Origin: Acidobacteria bacterium 13_1_40CM_65_14
Lineage (GTDB): Bacteria; Acidobacteriota; Vicinamibacteria; Vicinamibacterales; CAVVIG01
Reading direction: 5' to 3'
DNA: 64,000 nt
Assembly: GCA_001917905.1 (NCBI GenBank)
Contig: MNEX01000110.1
Location: 526 to 64,525 of the forward strand
Shown piece by piece: positions 28,686 to 36,358 of the stretch (its first letter is position 1; each line of letters starts with the position of its first letter). A program made the translations under genes and the position numbers. A model generated the notes under the pieces. The model did not search any database. It saw only the letters and a list, made by a program, of their open reading frames with translations, and was not told the origin of the DNA.

Positions 28686-30457
28686 GAATCACTCCTCAGA
28701 AGCGTCAGCTTGCCGAGCGCCGCGAGCAGCTCGTGCTCGATCTCGTCGATCGTCGGCAGTTTCAAAATCCGGCGCGCCAGCGCGCGCAGCTCGTCGCGGC
28801 GCAGCTCGCGGAGCACCTGTTTGGCGACTGGAATGGCGCCCGGCGTCATGCTGAAATCGGTCAGCCCCAGTCCGACGAGCAGCGTCAGCAGCGCCGGATC
28901 CGAGGCCATCTCGCCACAGAGCGACACCGGAATCCGCTGACGCTCGGCCGCGCGGCGGACCATCAGAATCATGCGCAGAATCGCCGGGTGCAGCGGCTCG
29001 TACAGCTGCGACACACGTTCGTCGGCGCGGTCGACCGCGAGGCAGTACTGAATGAGATCGTTGGTGCCGATTGTGAAGAAGTCGACCTCGCGCGCGAGCA
29101 GATCGGCGGTATACGCGGCGGCGGGAATCTCGATCATCACGCCGACCGGCACCGTCGGCACCTGCTCGCCGCGCCGCGCCAGCTCCGCGGCAGCTTCGGC
29201 GATCATGCGGCGCGCTTCGCGCAGCTGCTCCACGCTCGAGACGAACGGAAACATGATGCGGAGGCTGCCGTGCCGCGCGGCGCGCAGCAGCGCGCGCACC
29301 TGGACCTGGAACAACTCGGGCCGCGTGAGGCTGAGGCGCAGTCCCCGAAGGCCCTGGCGGCTTCCGCGCTGCTCGTCCGCCACCCATCCGCCCGCCAGCG
29401 GCTGCTCGACGAGCCACGACGTGATCTGATCTTCGTCGACGTCGAAGGTGCGAACGGTAACCGTGCCTGGCGCCATGCCCTCGAGCATGCCGCGATAGAT
29501 CTCGTACTGACGTTCCTCCTCGCCCACGTGGGCAATCCCGCTGGCCAGCAGGAACTCCGACCGGTACAGCCCAATGCCCTCGGCGCCGGCGTAGCGAGCG
29601 GCCGCGAGATCGTCGGGGAATTCGATGTTGGCGTCCAGCCGGATGGGCACGCCGTCTGCCGTCGAGGCGGGACGCCGGCGCTCGGCATCGGCGCCGGCCG
29701 CCGGACGCCGGTCGTCGGCGTGCCGTGCCGCGCGTGCGAGTTCCTCGACCGTCGGATCCACGATCACCTGGCTCGACGAGCCGTCGATGATGACGATCTG
29801 CCCGGGCTGCACCTGCCGGCTCGCATCGTGAAGGCCGACAACCGCCGGCACGTCGAGCGATCGCGCCAGGATCGCGGTGTGATACGTGCGGCTGCCCGCG
29901 TCGGTCGCAAAACCGCGGACTTTGGTCCAGTCCACCTGCGCGGCCAGCGACGGCGTCAGCTCGTCGGCGATCAGCACTGAGGCTTCGTCGAGTTCCCGGA
30001 GCAGATCTCTCGGCGTCGATACGCCCTGACGCAGGTTCATTCGCAGCCGCCCGACGAGATCGGCGACGTCGCCGGTGCGCTCGCGGAGGTACGGATCGGC
30101 CACCTCGTCCAACACGGCGCTGAACTCGTGGAACACCTGCTGCACGGCCCACTCGGCGTTGACGCGCTGGTCGCGGACGATGTCGGCGGCGCGCGGGACG
30201 AGCATCGGATCGTCGAGCATCAGGAGCTGCGCGTCGAAGAGCGACGCCATCTCCGGCAGACGCTTGGCGACGCGCGCGCGGATGTCCACGAGCTGCTCGC
30301 GCGATCGCACGCGGCTCTCGTCGAGCCGCCGCAGCTCGTGGTCGACGCGCCGCTGCGCGATCTGATACCGCAGCACCTGCGCGCGCTGGATCAGAATGAC
30401 CGCGCGGCCCGAGACGACGCCGGGCGACACGCCGATACCGGTCAGGCGCTGCATCAC
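28682..30457 (-). CDS. ptsI: Phosphoenolpyruvate-protein phosphotransferase (PTS Enzyme I)
   Basis: GIGVSPGVVSGRAV, GSRTYHTAILARSLDVPAVVG, the LRLSLTR region and FFTIGTNDLIQY. Confidence 0.9.
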   Translation of the reverse strand: MMQRLTGIGVSPGVVSGRAVILIQRAQVLRYQIAQRRVDHELRRLDESRVRSREQLVDIRARVAKRLPEMASLFDAQLLMLDDPMLVPRAADIVRDQRVNAEWAVQQVFHEFSAVLDEVADPYLRERTGDVADLVGRLRMNLRQGVSTPRDLLRELDEASVLIADELTPSLAAQVDWTKVRGFATDAGSRTYHTAILARSLDVPAVVGLHDASRQVQPGQIVIIDGSSSQVIVDPTVEELARAARHADDRRPAAGADAERRRPASTADGVPIRLDANIEFPDDLAAARYAGAEGIGLYRSEFLLASGIAHVGEEERQYEIYRGMLEGMAPGTVTVRTFDVDEDQITSWLVEQPLAGGWVADEQRGSRQGLRGLRLSLTRPELFQVQVRALLRAARHGSLRIMFPFVSSVEQLREARRMIAEAAAELARRGEQVPTVPVGVMIEIPAAAYTADLLAREVDFFTIGTNDLIQYCLAVDRADERVSQLYEPLHPAILRMILMVRRAAERQRIPVSLCGEMASDPALLTLLVGLGLTDFSMTPGAIPVAKQVLRELRRDELRALARRILKLPTIDEIEHELLAALGKLTLLRSDS

Positions 30458-30798
30458 TTTTTACCGCTCGTGGGGCCCCACCCCCACTCGCTGCGGCTCG
30501 TCTCGCTGTGCTCGCTCGCCGCGGCCGCAGGCGCTTCTTCGCCGAACCCTGACGCCACGAGGGCGACCAGCGCGCTCACCGCATCGCTCTCGTCGTGGCC
30601 GTCCGCGCTGATGGTGATCGTCGATCCGCGCGCGGCGGCGAGCAGCAGGATGCCCATGATGCTCTTGCCGTCCATCTCGCGTGAATCGCGTGCGACGCGC
30701 ACGCGCGACTGATACCGCGTGGCGAGGTGCACGAACTTCGCGGCCGCCCGCGCGTGCATGCCCAGCTGGTTCACGACGGTGACCGACTGCGAGATCAT
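30454..30798 (-). CDS. ptsH: HPr phosphocarrier protein with a roughly 25-aa repeat-encoded C-terminal tail
   Basis: VVNQLGMHARAAAKFV (His-15 region) and GKSIMGILLLAA (Ser-46 region). The tail EEAPAAAASEHSETSRSEWGWGPTSGKK is encoded by element B copy 2. Confidence 0.85.
   Translation of the reverse strand: MISQSVTVVNQLGMHARAAAKFVHLATRYQSRVRVARDSREMDGKSIMGILLLAAARGSTITISADGHDESDAVSALVALVASGFGEEAPAAAASEHSETSRSEWGWGPTSGKK
30458..30537 (-). repeat. Dispersed element B, copy 2, at the HPr 3' end, ending at the ptsI start
   Basis: The minus-strand sequence reads GAAGCGCCTGCGGCCGCGGCGAGCGAGC...GCGAGTGGGGGTGGGGCCCCACGAGCGGTAAAAAGTGATG. Confidence 0.75.
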
Positions 30799-31208
30799 GC
30801 GGGACTCTTCTCGCCCCGCAGCAGATCGGACGCGACCCAGATGGCGTTCCGCCCGTGCTCACGCATCTCTTTGGCGACCGCGAGGAGATTCGACGACTCG
30901 CGGAGGCCCGCGAGCTTGATCAGCATCGGGAGGTTGACGCCCGTGATCACTTCGAGCCGATCGGTTTCAAGAAACGTCATGCCGAGGTTCGACGGCGTCC
31001 CGCCGAACATGTCGGTCAGCAGCAGGACACCCTCGCTGCCGCCAACGCGCTCGATCGCCTGTGCGATGTCTTCTCGTGCGTCGTTCACGTCGTCGTGCCA
31101 GCCGATCGAGACCGCCGTGAACCGCGGCAGGTCGCCGACAATCATCTCGGCGGCGTTCACGAGCTCGGTCGCGAGCTGTCCGTGGGTCACCACGACGACG
31201 CCAATCAC
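30795..31208 (-). CDS. PTS mannose/fructose-family EIIA component
   Basis: MIGVVVVTHGQLATEL (active-site His region) and LLLTDMFGGTPSN. Confidence 0.85.
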   Translation of the reverse strand: MIGVVVVTHGQLATELVNAAEMIVGDLPRFTAVSIGWHDDVNDAREDIAQAIERVGGSEGVLLLTDMFGGTPSNLGMTFLETDRLEVITGVNLPMLIKLAGLRESSNLLAVAKEMREHGRNAIWVASDLLRGEKSPA

Positions 31209-31218
31209 AGCTTCTATC

Positions 31219-31314
31219 GTAAGGCAGGATAGGCAGGATGGGCAGGATAGGCAGGATCGGCGGCGCCTCCCCTCCCATCCAGCCCGTCCCGCCTATCCCG
31301 CCCTTCCCGCCTAC
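31219..31314. repeat. Hairpin with tandem-octamer arms (GGCAGGAT x4 / ATCCCGCC-type) between rapZ and EIIA
   Basis: Left arm 31219-31260 and right arm 31274-31314, with a loop of about 13 nt. The right arm touches the rapZ stop. Confidence 0.8.
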
Positions 31315-32348
31315 GAATGGCCAATATCACGATGACGGACGCGCACGCGCGCCCCGGCGACGTCGGCGAGAGCTTTTCGCAGACGTTCGGCGATCATCAC
31401 CGATCGGTGGCGGCCGCCCGTGCAGCCGACGGCGATGGTCAGGTAGCTCTTCCCTTCCGCGATGTAGTACGGCACGACGTAGCGGACGTATTCCGTGAGC
31501 CGGTCCATGAATGCGCGCGACGAGGTGTCGCGCTCCATGAACTCGGCGACGGCGCGATCGCGGCCGGTCCGGCGCCGCAGCGCGGGCACGAAGTGCGGAT
31601 TCGGCAGACAGCGCGCGTCGAACACGAGATCGGCGTCGACCGGCACGCCATGCTTGAAGCCGAAACTGAGCAGCGTGATCGTCAGCCGGGCCGCGGATCG
31701 ATCGCGCGAGAGCCCCATGAAGAACTGCCGCAGCTCGTGGACGGTCATGTCCGACGTGTCGACGATCTCGTCCGCGAGATCGCGGATCGCGTTCATCCGC
31801 TCACGCTCATCGCGAATGCCTTCGGTGACCGATCGATCCGGCGCGAGCGGATGCGGGCGGCGCGTTTCGCTGAACCGGCGGACGAGCGTGGCATGGCTCG
31901 CCTCCAGAAAAATCAGGATCGGGTTGAGCCGCGGCATCTTCCGCAGATTCTCGAAGACCTTGGCGAATGACGACAGGAATCCGCCTTCGCGCACGTCGAC
32001 GACGATTGCGACCTTGGTGATGTCGCCGCCCGTCTGCAGCGACAGCTTGGCGAGCGTGGGAATCAGCGTGGTCGGCAGGTTGTCGACGCAGAAGTACCCG
32101 AGGTCTTCGAGCGCCCGGATCGCCTGCGATTTTCCCGAGCCGGACAGACCTGTCAGCACGATGAACGGCTGGCCGCCCTTCTTTTTCCGATGCTCGCGGG
32201 GCCCGACTTTTCTCACCCGCTCCGGGGTCCCACCCCCCTCGCCGTTGCTCAGCGCACGCGCGCTTCGCGACGGCTCACGGCTGCCGCTCGCTCGCGCCGA
32301 CCTCCCAGCCTTACCCGTCACACCGGCCCGACCTGCCCGAGGACTCAT
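31311..32348 (-). CDS. rapZ: RNase adapter / nucleotide-binding protein RapZ (YvcJ family)
   Basis: FIVLTGLSGSGKSQAIRALEDLGYFCVDNLP and CTGGRHRSV. The ATG at 32348 overlaps the hprK stop (ATGA) but adds about 55 aa encoded by element B copy 3. An alternative GTG start lies at 32216. Confidence 0.85.
   Translation of the reverse strand: MSPRAGRAGVTGKAGRSARASGSREPSRSARALSNGEGGGTPERVRKVGPREHRKKKGGQPFIVLTGLSGSGKSQAIRALEDLGYFCVDNLPTTLIPTLAKLSLQTGGDITKVAIVVDVREGGFLSSFAKVFENLRKMPRLNPILIFLEASHATLVRRFSETRRPHPLAPDRSVTEGIRDERERMNAIRDLADEIVDTSDMTVHELRQFFMGLSRDRSAARLTITLLSFGFKHGVPVDADLVFDARCLPNPHFVPALRRRTGRDRAVAEFMERDTSSRAFMDRLTEYVRYVVPYYIAEGKSYLTIAVGCTGGRHRSVMIAERLRKALADVAGARVRVRHRDIGHS
32181..32298 (-). 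repeat. Dispersed element B, copy 3 (3' module partly duplicated), in the rapZ 5' region
   Basis: The minus strand reads GCGCGAGCGAGCGGCAGCC...GGCGAGGGGGGTGGGACCCCGGAGCGGGTGAGAAAAGTCGGGCCCCGCGAGCATCGGAAAAAG. Confidence 0.65.
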
Positions 32349-33346
32349 CGGCTCCCGCCCGGCTCGAGCTCCTCATCCTCTTCATCCGGCGAGGGCAGCG
32401 ACGGCTGACGCAGCGTCGCCTCGAGCCGTTCGGCGAGCGCACGCGCCGCGTGATGGCCGCGGGCCTTGAGCAGCTGATTCCGGGCGGCGACCTCCACCAG
32501 GATGGCGATGTTGCGGCCGGGCGCGACCGGCATGCGAATGAGCGGCACGCGCAGTCCGAGAATCTCGTACGAATCGTCGTCGAGCCCGAGCCGCTCGTAC
32601 TCGCGCGACGGATCCCAGCGTTCGAGCTGCACGACGAGCTCGACGCGTTTAGAGGACCGCGTGGACGCGATGCCGAACAGCTCCTTCACGTTGATCACGC
32701 CGAGGCCGCGCAGCTCCATGTGGTGGCGCGTCAGCTCGGGACAGGTGCCGATGAGCATCGTGTCCTGACGCCGGCGCATTTCGACCGTGTCGTCGGCGAC
32801 CAGGCGATGGCCGCGCACGATCAGGTCGAGCGCGCATTCGCTCTTGCCGATGCCGCTCTCACCGGCGATGAGCACGCCAAGCCCGAGCACGTCCATCAGC
32901 ACCGCGTGTAGCATCGTCCGCTCGGCGAGCGAGTCTTCGAGAATCGACGTCAGCTTCGCAATGGCGGTCGGCGTCGGAATCCCCGTCTTCAGCAGCGGCA
33001 GGCCGGCGCGCTCGGCTTCCACGATCAGTTCCACGGGCGGCGTGAAGCCGCCAGTGACGAGCACGCATGGAACATCGAGCGTCAGCGCGAGGCGCATCGA
33101 CGACACGCGCGCCGCGGTCTCCAGGCTTTCGAGATAGCGGATTTCACTCTCGCCGAAAATGAGGACGCGGCCTGGCTTGAGGTACTCGTGGAATCCCGCG
33201 AGCGCGAGACCGGTTTTCTGGATGTGCGGGCTGGTGATGGCGCGGTCGAGGCCATCGGCACCGGCCAGCAGGTCGAGCGGCAGACCAAACGCCTCGGGTC
33301 GGCTGCGCAGCAGCCCGCCGACGGTGATGCCAGCTTGCGGGGCCAC
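32345..33346 (-). CDS. hprK: HPr kinase/phosphorylase
   Basis: Only the last 333 aa of the 940-aa ORF are credible. P-loop GLGVLIAGESGIGKSECALDLI, plus HRLVADD and ELRGLGVINV. GTG start at 33346. Confidence 0.85.
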   Translation of the reverse strand: MAPQAGITVGGLLRSRPEAFGLPLDLLAGADGLDRAITSPHIQKTGLALAGFHEYLKPGRVLIFGESEIRYLESLETAARVSSMRLALTLDVPCVLVTGGFTPPVELIVEAERAGLPLLKTGIPTPTAIAKLTSILEDSLAERTMLHAVLMDVLGLGVLIAGESGIGKSECALDLIVRGHRLVADDTVEMRRRQDTMLIGTCPELTRHHMELRGLGVINVKELFGIASTRSSKRVELVVQLERWDPSREYERLGLDDDSYEILGLRVPLIRMPVAPGRNIAILVEVAARNQLLKARGHHAARALAERLEATLRQPSLPSPDEEDEELEPGGSR

Positions 33347-33360
33347 GCCTCGATTATCGG

Positions 33361-33936
33361 TCAGGCTTCGGTTTCGACCAGTGTGAGCTCGCCGTTGTGC
33401 CGGTACAGCACGCTGATGGCCGACGTCTCGACATCGCGGAACACGACGATGCCTTCGTTCCCGTCCCCGATTTCGCGCGCGGCCTCGGCGAGCGACATCG
33501 GCTTGAGCGACTGGCGCGACGCGCGCAGAATGCGCGGCATCCGCGCGCGCTCGCGCTTCGGCTTCGCGGGCCCGGCGGGCTTGACGGCAATCGCTTCGCG
33601 TTCCTCGCCGATGATCGGCACGCCCTTGCCGGCGCCGCGCCGCTTGCGCTCCTGCCACTTGCCTTTGATCTTGTGCGCCTGCTGCGTGATTTTGTCGATC
33701 GCGACGCTCAGCGACGTTTCCCAGCTGCCGGAATCGCCGACCCCATGCAGGAACTTCTCGCCCCGGGCGTGCAACGTGATGTCGGCGCGGTGCCGGTGCT
33801 TCTCGCGCGTCAGCACCGCATGCGCCGACACGGCGCTGTCGTTGAGCGCGCGTTCGAGCTTGGCGAGCTTGGTGTCGACGAGGCGGCGAAGCGTGGGAGT
33901 GATGTCGACGTGACGGCCGGTGAGTTCGAGTCGCAT
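33361..33936 (-). CDS. hpf: Ribosome hibernation promoting factor (long HPF)
   Basis: MRLELTGRHVDITPTLRRLV...KLERAL, with a C-terminal dimerisation domain. Located downstream of rpoN. Confidence 0.85.
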   Translation of the reverse strand: MRLELTGRHVDITPTLRRLVDTKLAKLERALNDSAVSAHAVLTREKHRHRADITLHARGEKFLHGVGDSGSWETSLSVAIDKITQQAHKIKGKWQERKRRGAGKGVPIIGEEREAIAVKPAGPAKPKRERARMPRILRASRQSLKPMSLAEAAREIGDGNEGIVVFRDVETSAISVLYRHNGELTLVETEA

Positions 33937-33953
33937 AGGGATGTCCGCCGTAG

Positions 33954-33977
33954 CGCCGGGCCTTGTCAGGCCCGGCG
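33954..33977. repeat. GC-rich hairpin CGCCGGGCC-TTGTCA-GGCCCGGCG between rpoN and hpf
   Basis: Perfect 9-bp stem. The flank GTAGCGCCGGGCCTTGTCAGGCC resembles 57691-57715. Confidence 0.7.
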
Positions 33978-33978
33978 A

Positions 33979-35406
33979 TCAGTAGAGAACCTTGCGTTGA
34001 TTGGACGTGGGAATCTTCAGCTCTTCGCGGTACTTCGCGATCGTGCGCCGCGCGAGCACGAGTCCCTCGCGCTGCAGGATGCTGACGATCTTCGAATCGC
34101 TGAGCGGCTTGCGCGGATCTTCGTTCTCGATGATCTTCCGGATCCGCTGCTTGATCGTCACCGACGAGACGCTCTCGCCGTACGAGCTGCTGATGCCGCT
34201 GTGGAAGAAGTACTTCATCTCGAACACGCCCTGGGGCGTGTGCATGTACTTGTTCGTCACCACGCGGCTGACCGTCGACTCGTGCATGCCGATGTCGTTC
34301 GCCACGTCGCGCAGCACCAGCGGCCGCAGGTGCTCGATGCCGTGATCCAGGAAGTCCCGCTGGAAATTGACGATGCTTTTGGCGACCTTGAAGATCGTCT
34401 TCTGCCGCTGCTCGACCGATTTGATCAGCCAGAGCGCCGATCGGAACTTGTCCTTCACGTAGGCGCGCGTCTCGTCGTTGTCGCTCGCGCCCTTGTCGAG
34501 CAGCCGGCGATAGACCGGGCTGATCCGCATCTGCGGCAACCCGTCCTCGTTCAGGACGACGACGTATTCGTCCTCGACCTTCATGACGTACACGTCGGGG
34601 ATGACGTATTGGGACTGCGTCGGGTTGTAGCGGCTGCCCGGCTTCGGATCGAGATGCCGGATGATCTCGATGTGCTCCTTGAGATCGTCGATCGTCATCC
34701 CGAGCTTGCGCGCGATTTCCGGCACCTGATGGTTCTGAAGGAGGCGCAGATGATCGGTCACGACTTTCTCGGTCGGCGTGCCTTCGAGCCCGAGGTGACG
34801 GAGCTGCAGCAGCAGGCACTCTTGGAGATCGCGCGCGGCGACGCCGGTCGGATCGAACGCTTGAACGAGCTTGAGCGCGCGCTCGACCTCGGCGACCGGC
34901 CACGGTCCCATCCCGGCCAGCTCGTCGAAGGACGCGACCAGATAGCCGTCGTCGTCGAGGTTGCCGATGATGGCCGACCCGATCTCGCGTATCAACGAGT
35001 CGTCGGTCTGCATTGAAAGCTGCCACATCAGGTGATCGGACAGCGAGCTGGCGGTGGACAGCGTGTTTTCGATCGGCGGGAGCTCTTTGACTTCCTGCGG
35101 CGCGCGCGGCCGGTAGCCGTCGTCGAGGTAGTCGCCGAAGAAATACTCGTAATCCTGATCGTCCCACGTATCCGTTTTGTTGCTTTGCTGTTCCGGTTCG
35201 GCCTTTTCGGGCGCGGCTGCGGCCTCGGCGGGCTGCAGTTCCTCGGTCGGCACCTCTTCGAGCATCGGGTTCTCGACCATCTCCTGGTTCAGGAGGTCCG
35301 AGAGCTCGAGCGTCGACATCGGCAACAGCTTGATCGCCTGCTGCAGCGAGGGCGTGAGGATCAGTTTCTGAACGAGTTTGGTGTGGAGTTTTTGCTGGAT
35401 GCCCAT
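33979..35406 (-). CDS. rpoN: RNA polymerase sigma-54 factor
   Basis: LTPSLQQAIKLLPMSTLEL, and an RpoN box near the C-terminus (ARRTIAKYRE). Confidence 0.95.
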   Translation of the reverse strand: MGIQQKLHTKLVQKLILTPSLQQAIKLLPMSTLELSDLLNQEMVENPMLEEVPTEELQPAEAAAAPEKAEPEQQSNKTDTWDDQDYEYFFGDYLDDGYRPRAPQEVKELPPIENTLSTASSLSDHLMWQLSMQTDDSLIREIGSAIIGNLDDDGYLVASFDELAGMGPWPVAEVERALKLVQAFDPTGVAARDLQECLLLQLRHLGLEGTPTEKVVTDHLRLLQNHQVPEIARKLGMTIDDLKEHIEIIRHLDPKPGSRYNPTQSQYVIPDVYVMKVEDEYVVVLNEDGLPQMRISPVYRRLLDKGASDNDETRAYVKDKFRSALWLIKSVEQRQKTIFKVAKSIVNFQRDFLDHGIEHLRPLVLRDVANDIGMHESTVSRVVTNKYMHTPQGVFEMKYFFHSGISSSYGESVSSVTIKQRIRKIIENEDPRKPLSDSKIVSILQREGLVLARRTIAKYREELKIPTSNQRKVLY

Positions 35407-35524
35407 GAAGCCGCGCGTCAGTCAGCTAAGTCGTTATCTCGATGCTACTTGCATGGATCAATCAACGCCCTGCGTGCCAAGCGGTGTTCACGCCGCCTCA
35501 CATGATGCAATTCCCACGCCTATT

Positions 35525-36250
35525 TTAGTCCAATCGGAACTCGGTCCCCAGATAAATCCGTCGGACCTCATCGTCGGCGGTGAGCGTGTCGGGCGTCCCG
35601 CTCTTGAAGATCACGCCTTCGTTCACGATGTAGGCGCGATCGGTGATGCGCAGCGTCTCGCGCACGTTGTGATCGGTGACGAGCACGCCGATGCCGCGAT
35701 CTTTCAGGTGAAAAATGATTTTCTGGATGTCGGACACGGCGATCGGATCGATCCCGGCAAACGGCTCGTCGAGCAGGATGAATTTCGGCGAGACGACAAG
35801 GGCGCGCGTGATCTCGGCGCGGCGGCGCTCGCCGCCCGACAGCGTGTGCGCCGGCGCCTGCGCGAGCGGCGTCAGGTTCAGCTCCGCGAGCAGCGCGCGC
35901 AGCCGTGCGCGCCGCGTCGCCGAGTCGAGGCCCATCGTCTCGAGGATCGCGAGAATGTTCTGTTCGACGGTGAGGCCGCGAAAGATCGACGGCTCCTGCG
36001 GCAGATAGCCGATCCCCTTGCGCGCGCGGATGTACATCGGATCGTCGGTGATGTCGTGGCCGTCCAGCTCGACGCGTCCGGTATCAGGCGTCGTCAGGCC
36101 GACCGTCATGTAGAAGGTCGTGGTCTTGCCGGCGCCGTTCGGTCCGAGGAGCCCGACGATTTCGCCGGAGCTGACGTCCAGGTTGACGCCGCGTACGACC
36201 GTGCGTCCGCCGTACGATTTGGTGAGATTGTGCGTGCGGAGTGTCGCCAT
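35525..36250 (-). CDS. lptB: LPS export ABC transporter ATP-binding protein LptB
   Basis: The start [16 protein letters not shown] (36250) is preferred over 36301, which runs into a repeat. Motifs [19 protein letters not shown] and [12 protein letters not shown]. Confidence 0.9.
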   Translation of the reverse strand: MATLRTHNLTKSYGGRTVVRGVNLDVSSGEIVGLLGPNGAGKTTTFYMTVGLTTPDTGRVELDGHDITDDPMYIRARKGIGYLPQEPSIFRGLTVEQNILAILETMGLDSATRRARLRALLAELNLTPLAQAPAHTLSGGERRRAEITRALVVSPKFILLDEPFAGIDPIAVSDIQKIIFHLKDRGIGVLVTDHNVRETLRITDRAYIVNEGVIFKSGTPDTLTADDEVRRIYLGTEFRLD

Positions 36251-36266
36251 CGAAACGTTAAACGCG

Positions 36267-36352
36267 CCACCACAGAGGACACGGGGGACACGGAGGAACA
36301 AACCTGTTCCGGTTGGCTTTACCCTCTGTGTCCTCCACGTCCTCCGTGGTGG
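36267..36352. repeat. Hairpin CCACCACAGAGGACACGGGGGACACGGAGG / complement, between the lptC/A gene and lptB
   Basis: Arms at 36267-36296 and 36323-36352. The arms are near-identical to those at 54791-54876. Confidence 0.85.
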
Positions 36353-36358
36353 AGAGTT

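Noticed and set aside
31219-31314. Strand-specific G-U evidence that the rapZ|EIIA hairpin functions in the sense (minus) RNA
   Set aside because: Of 10 differences between the arms, 5 are wobble-compatible only on the minus strand and 2 only on the plus strand. That is suggestive but too weak to claim from a single locus.
32345-35167. 940-aa ORF on the minus strand
   Set aside because: Only the C-terminal 333 aa form HprK. The upstream Arg-rich part overlaps hpf and rpoN in other frames.
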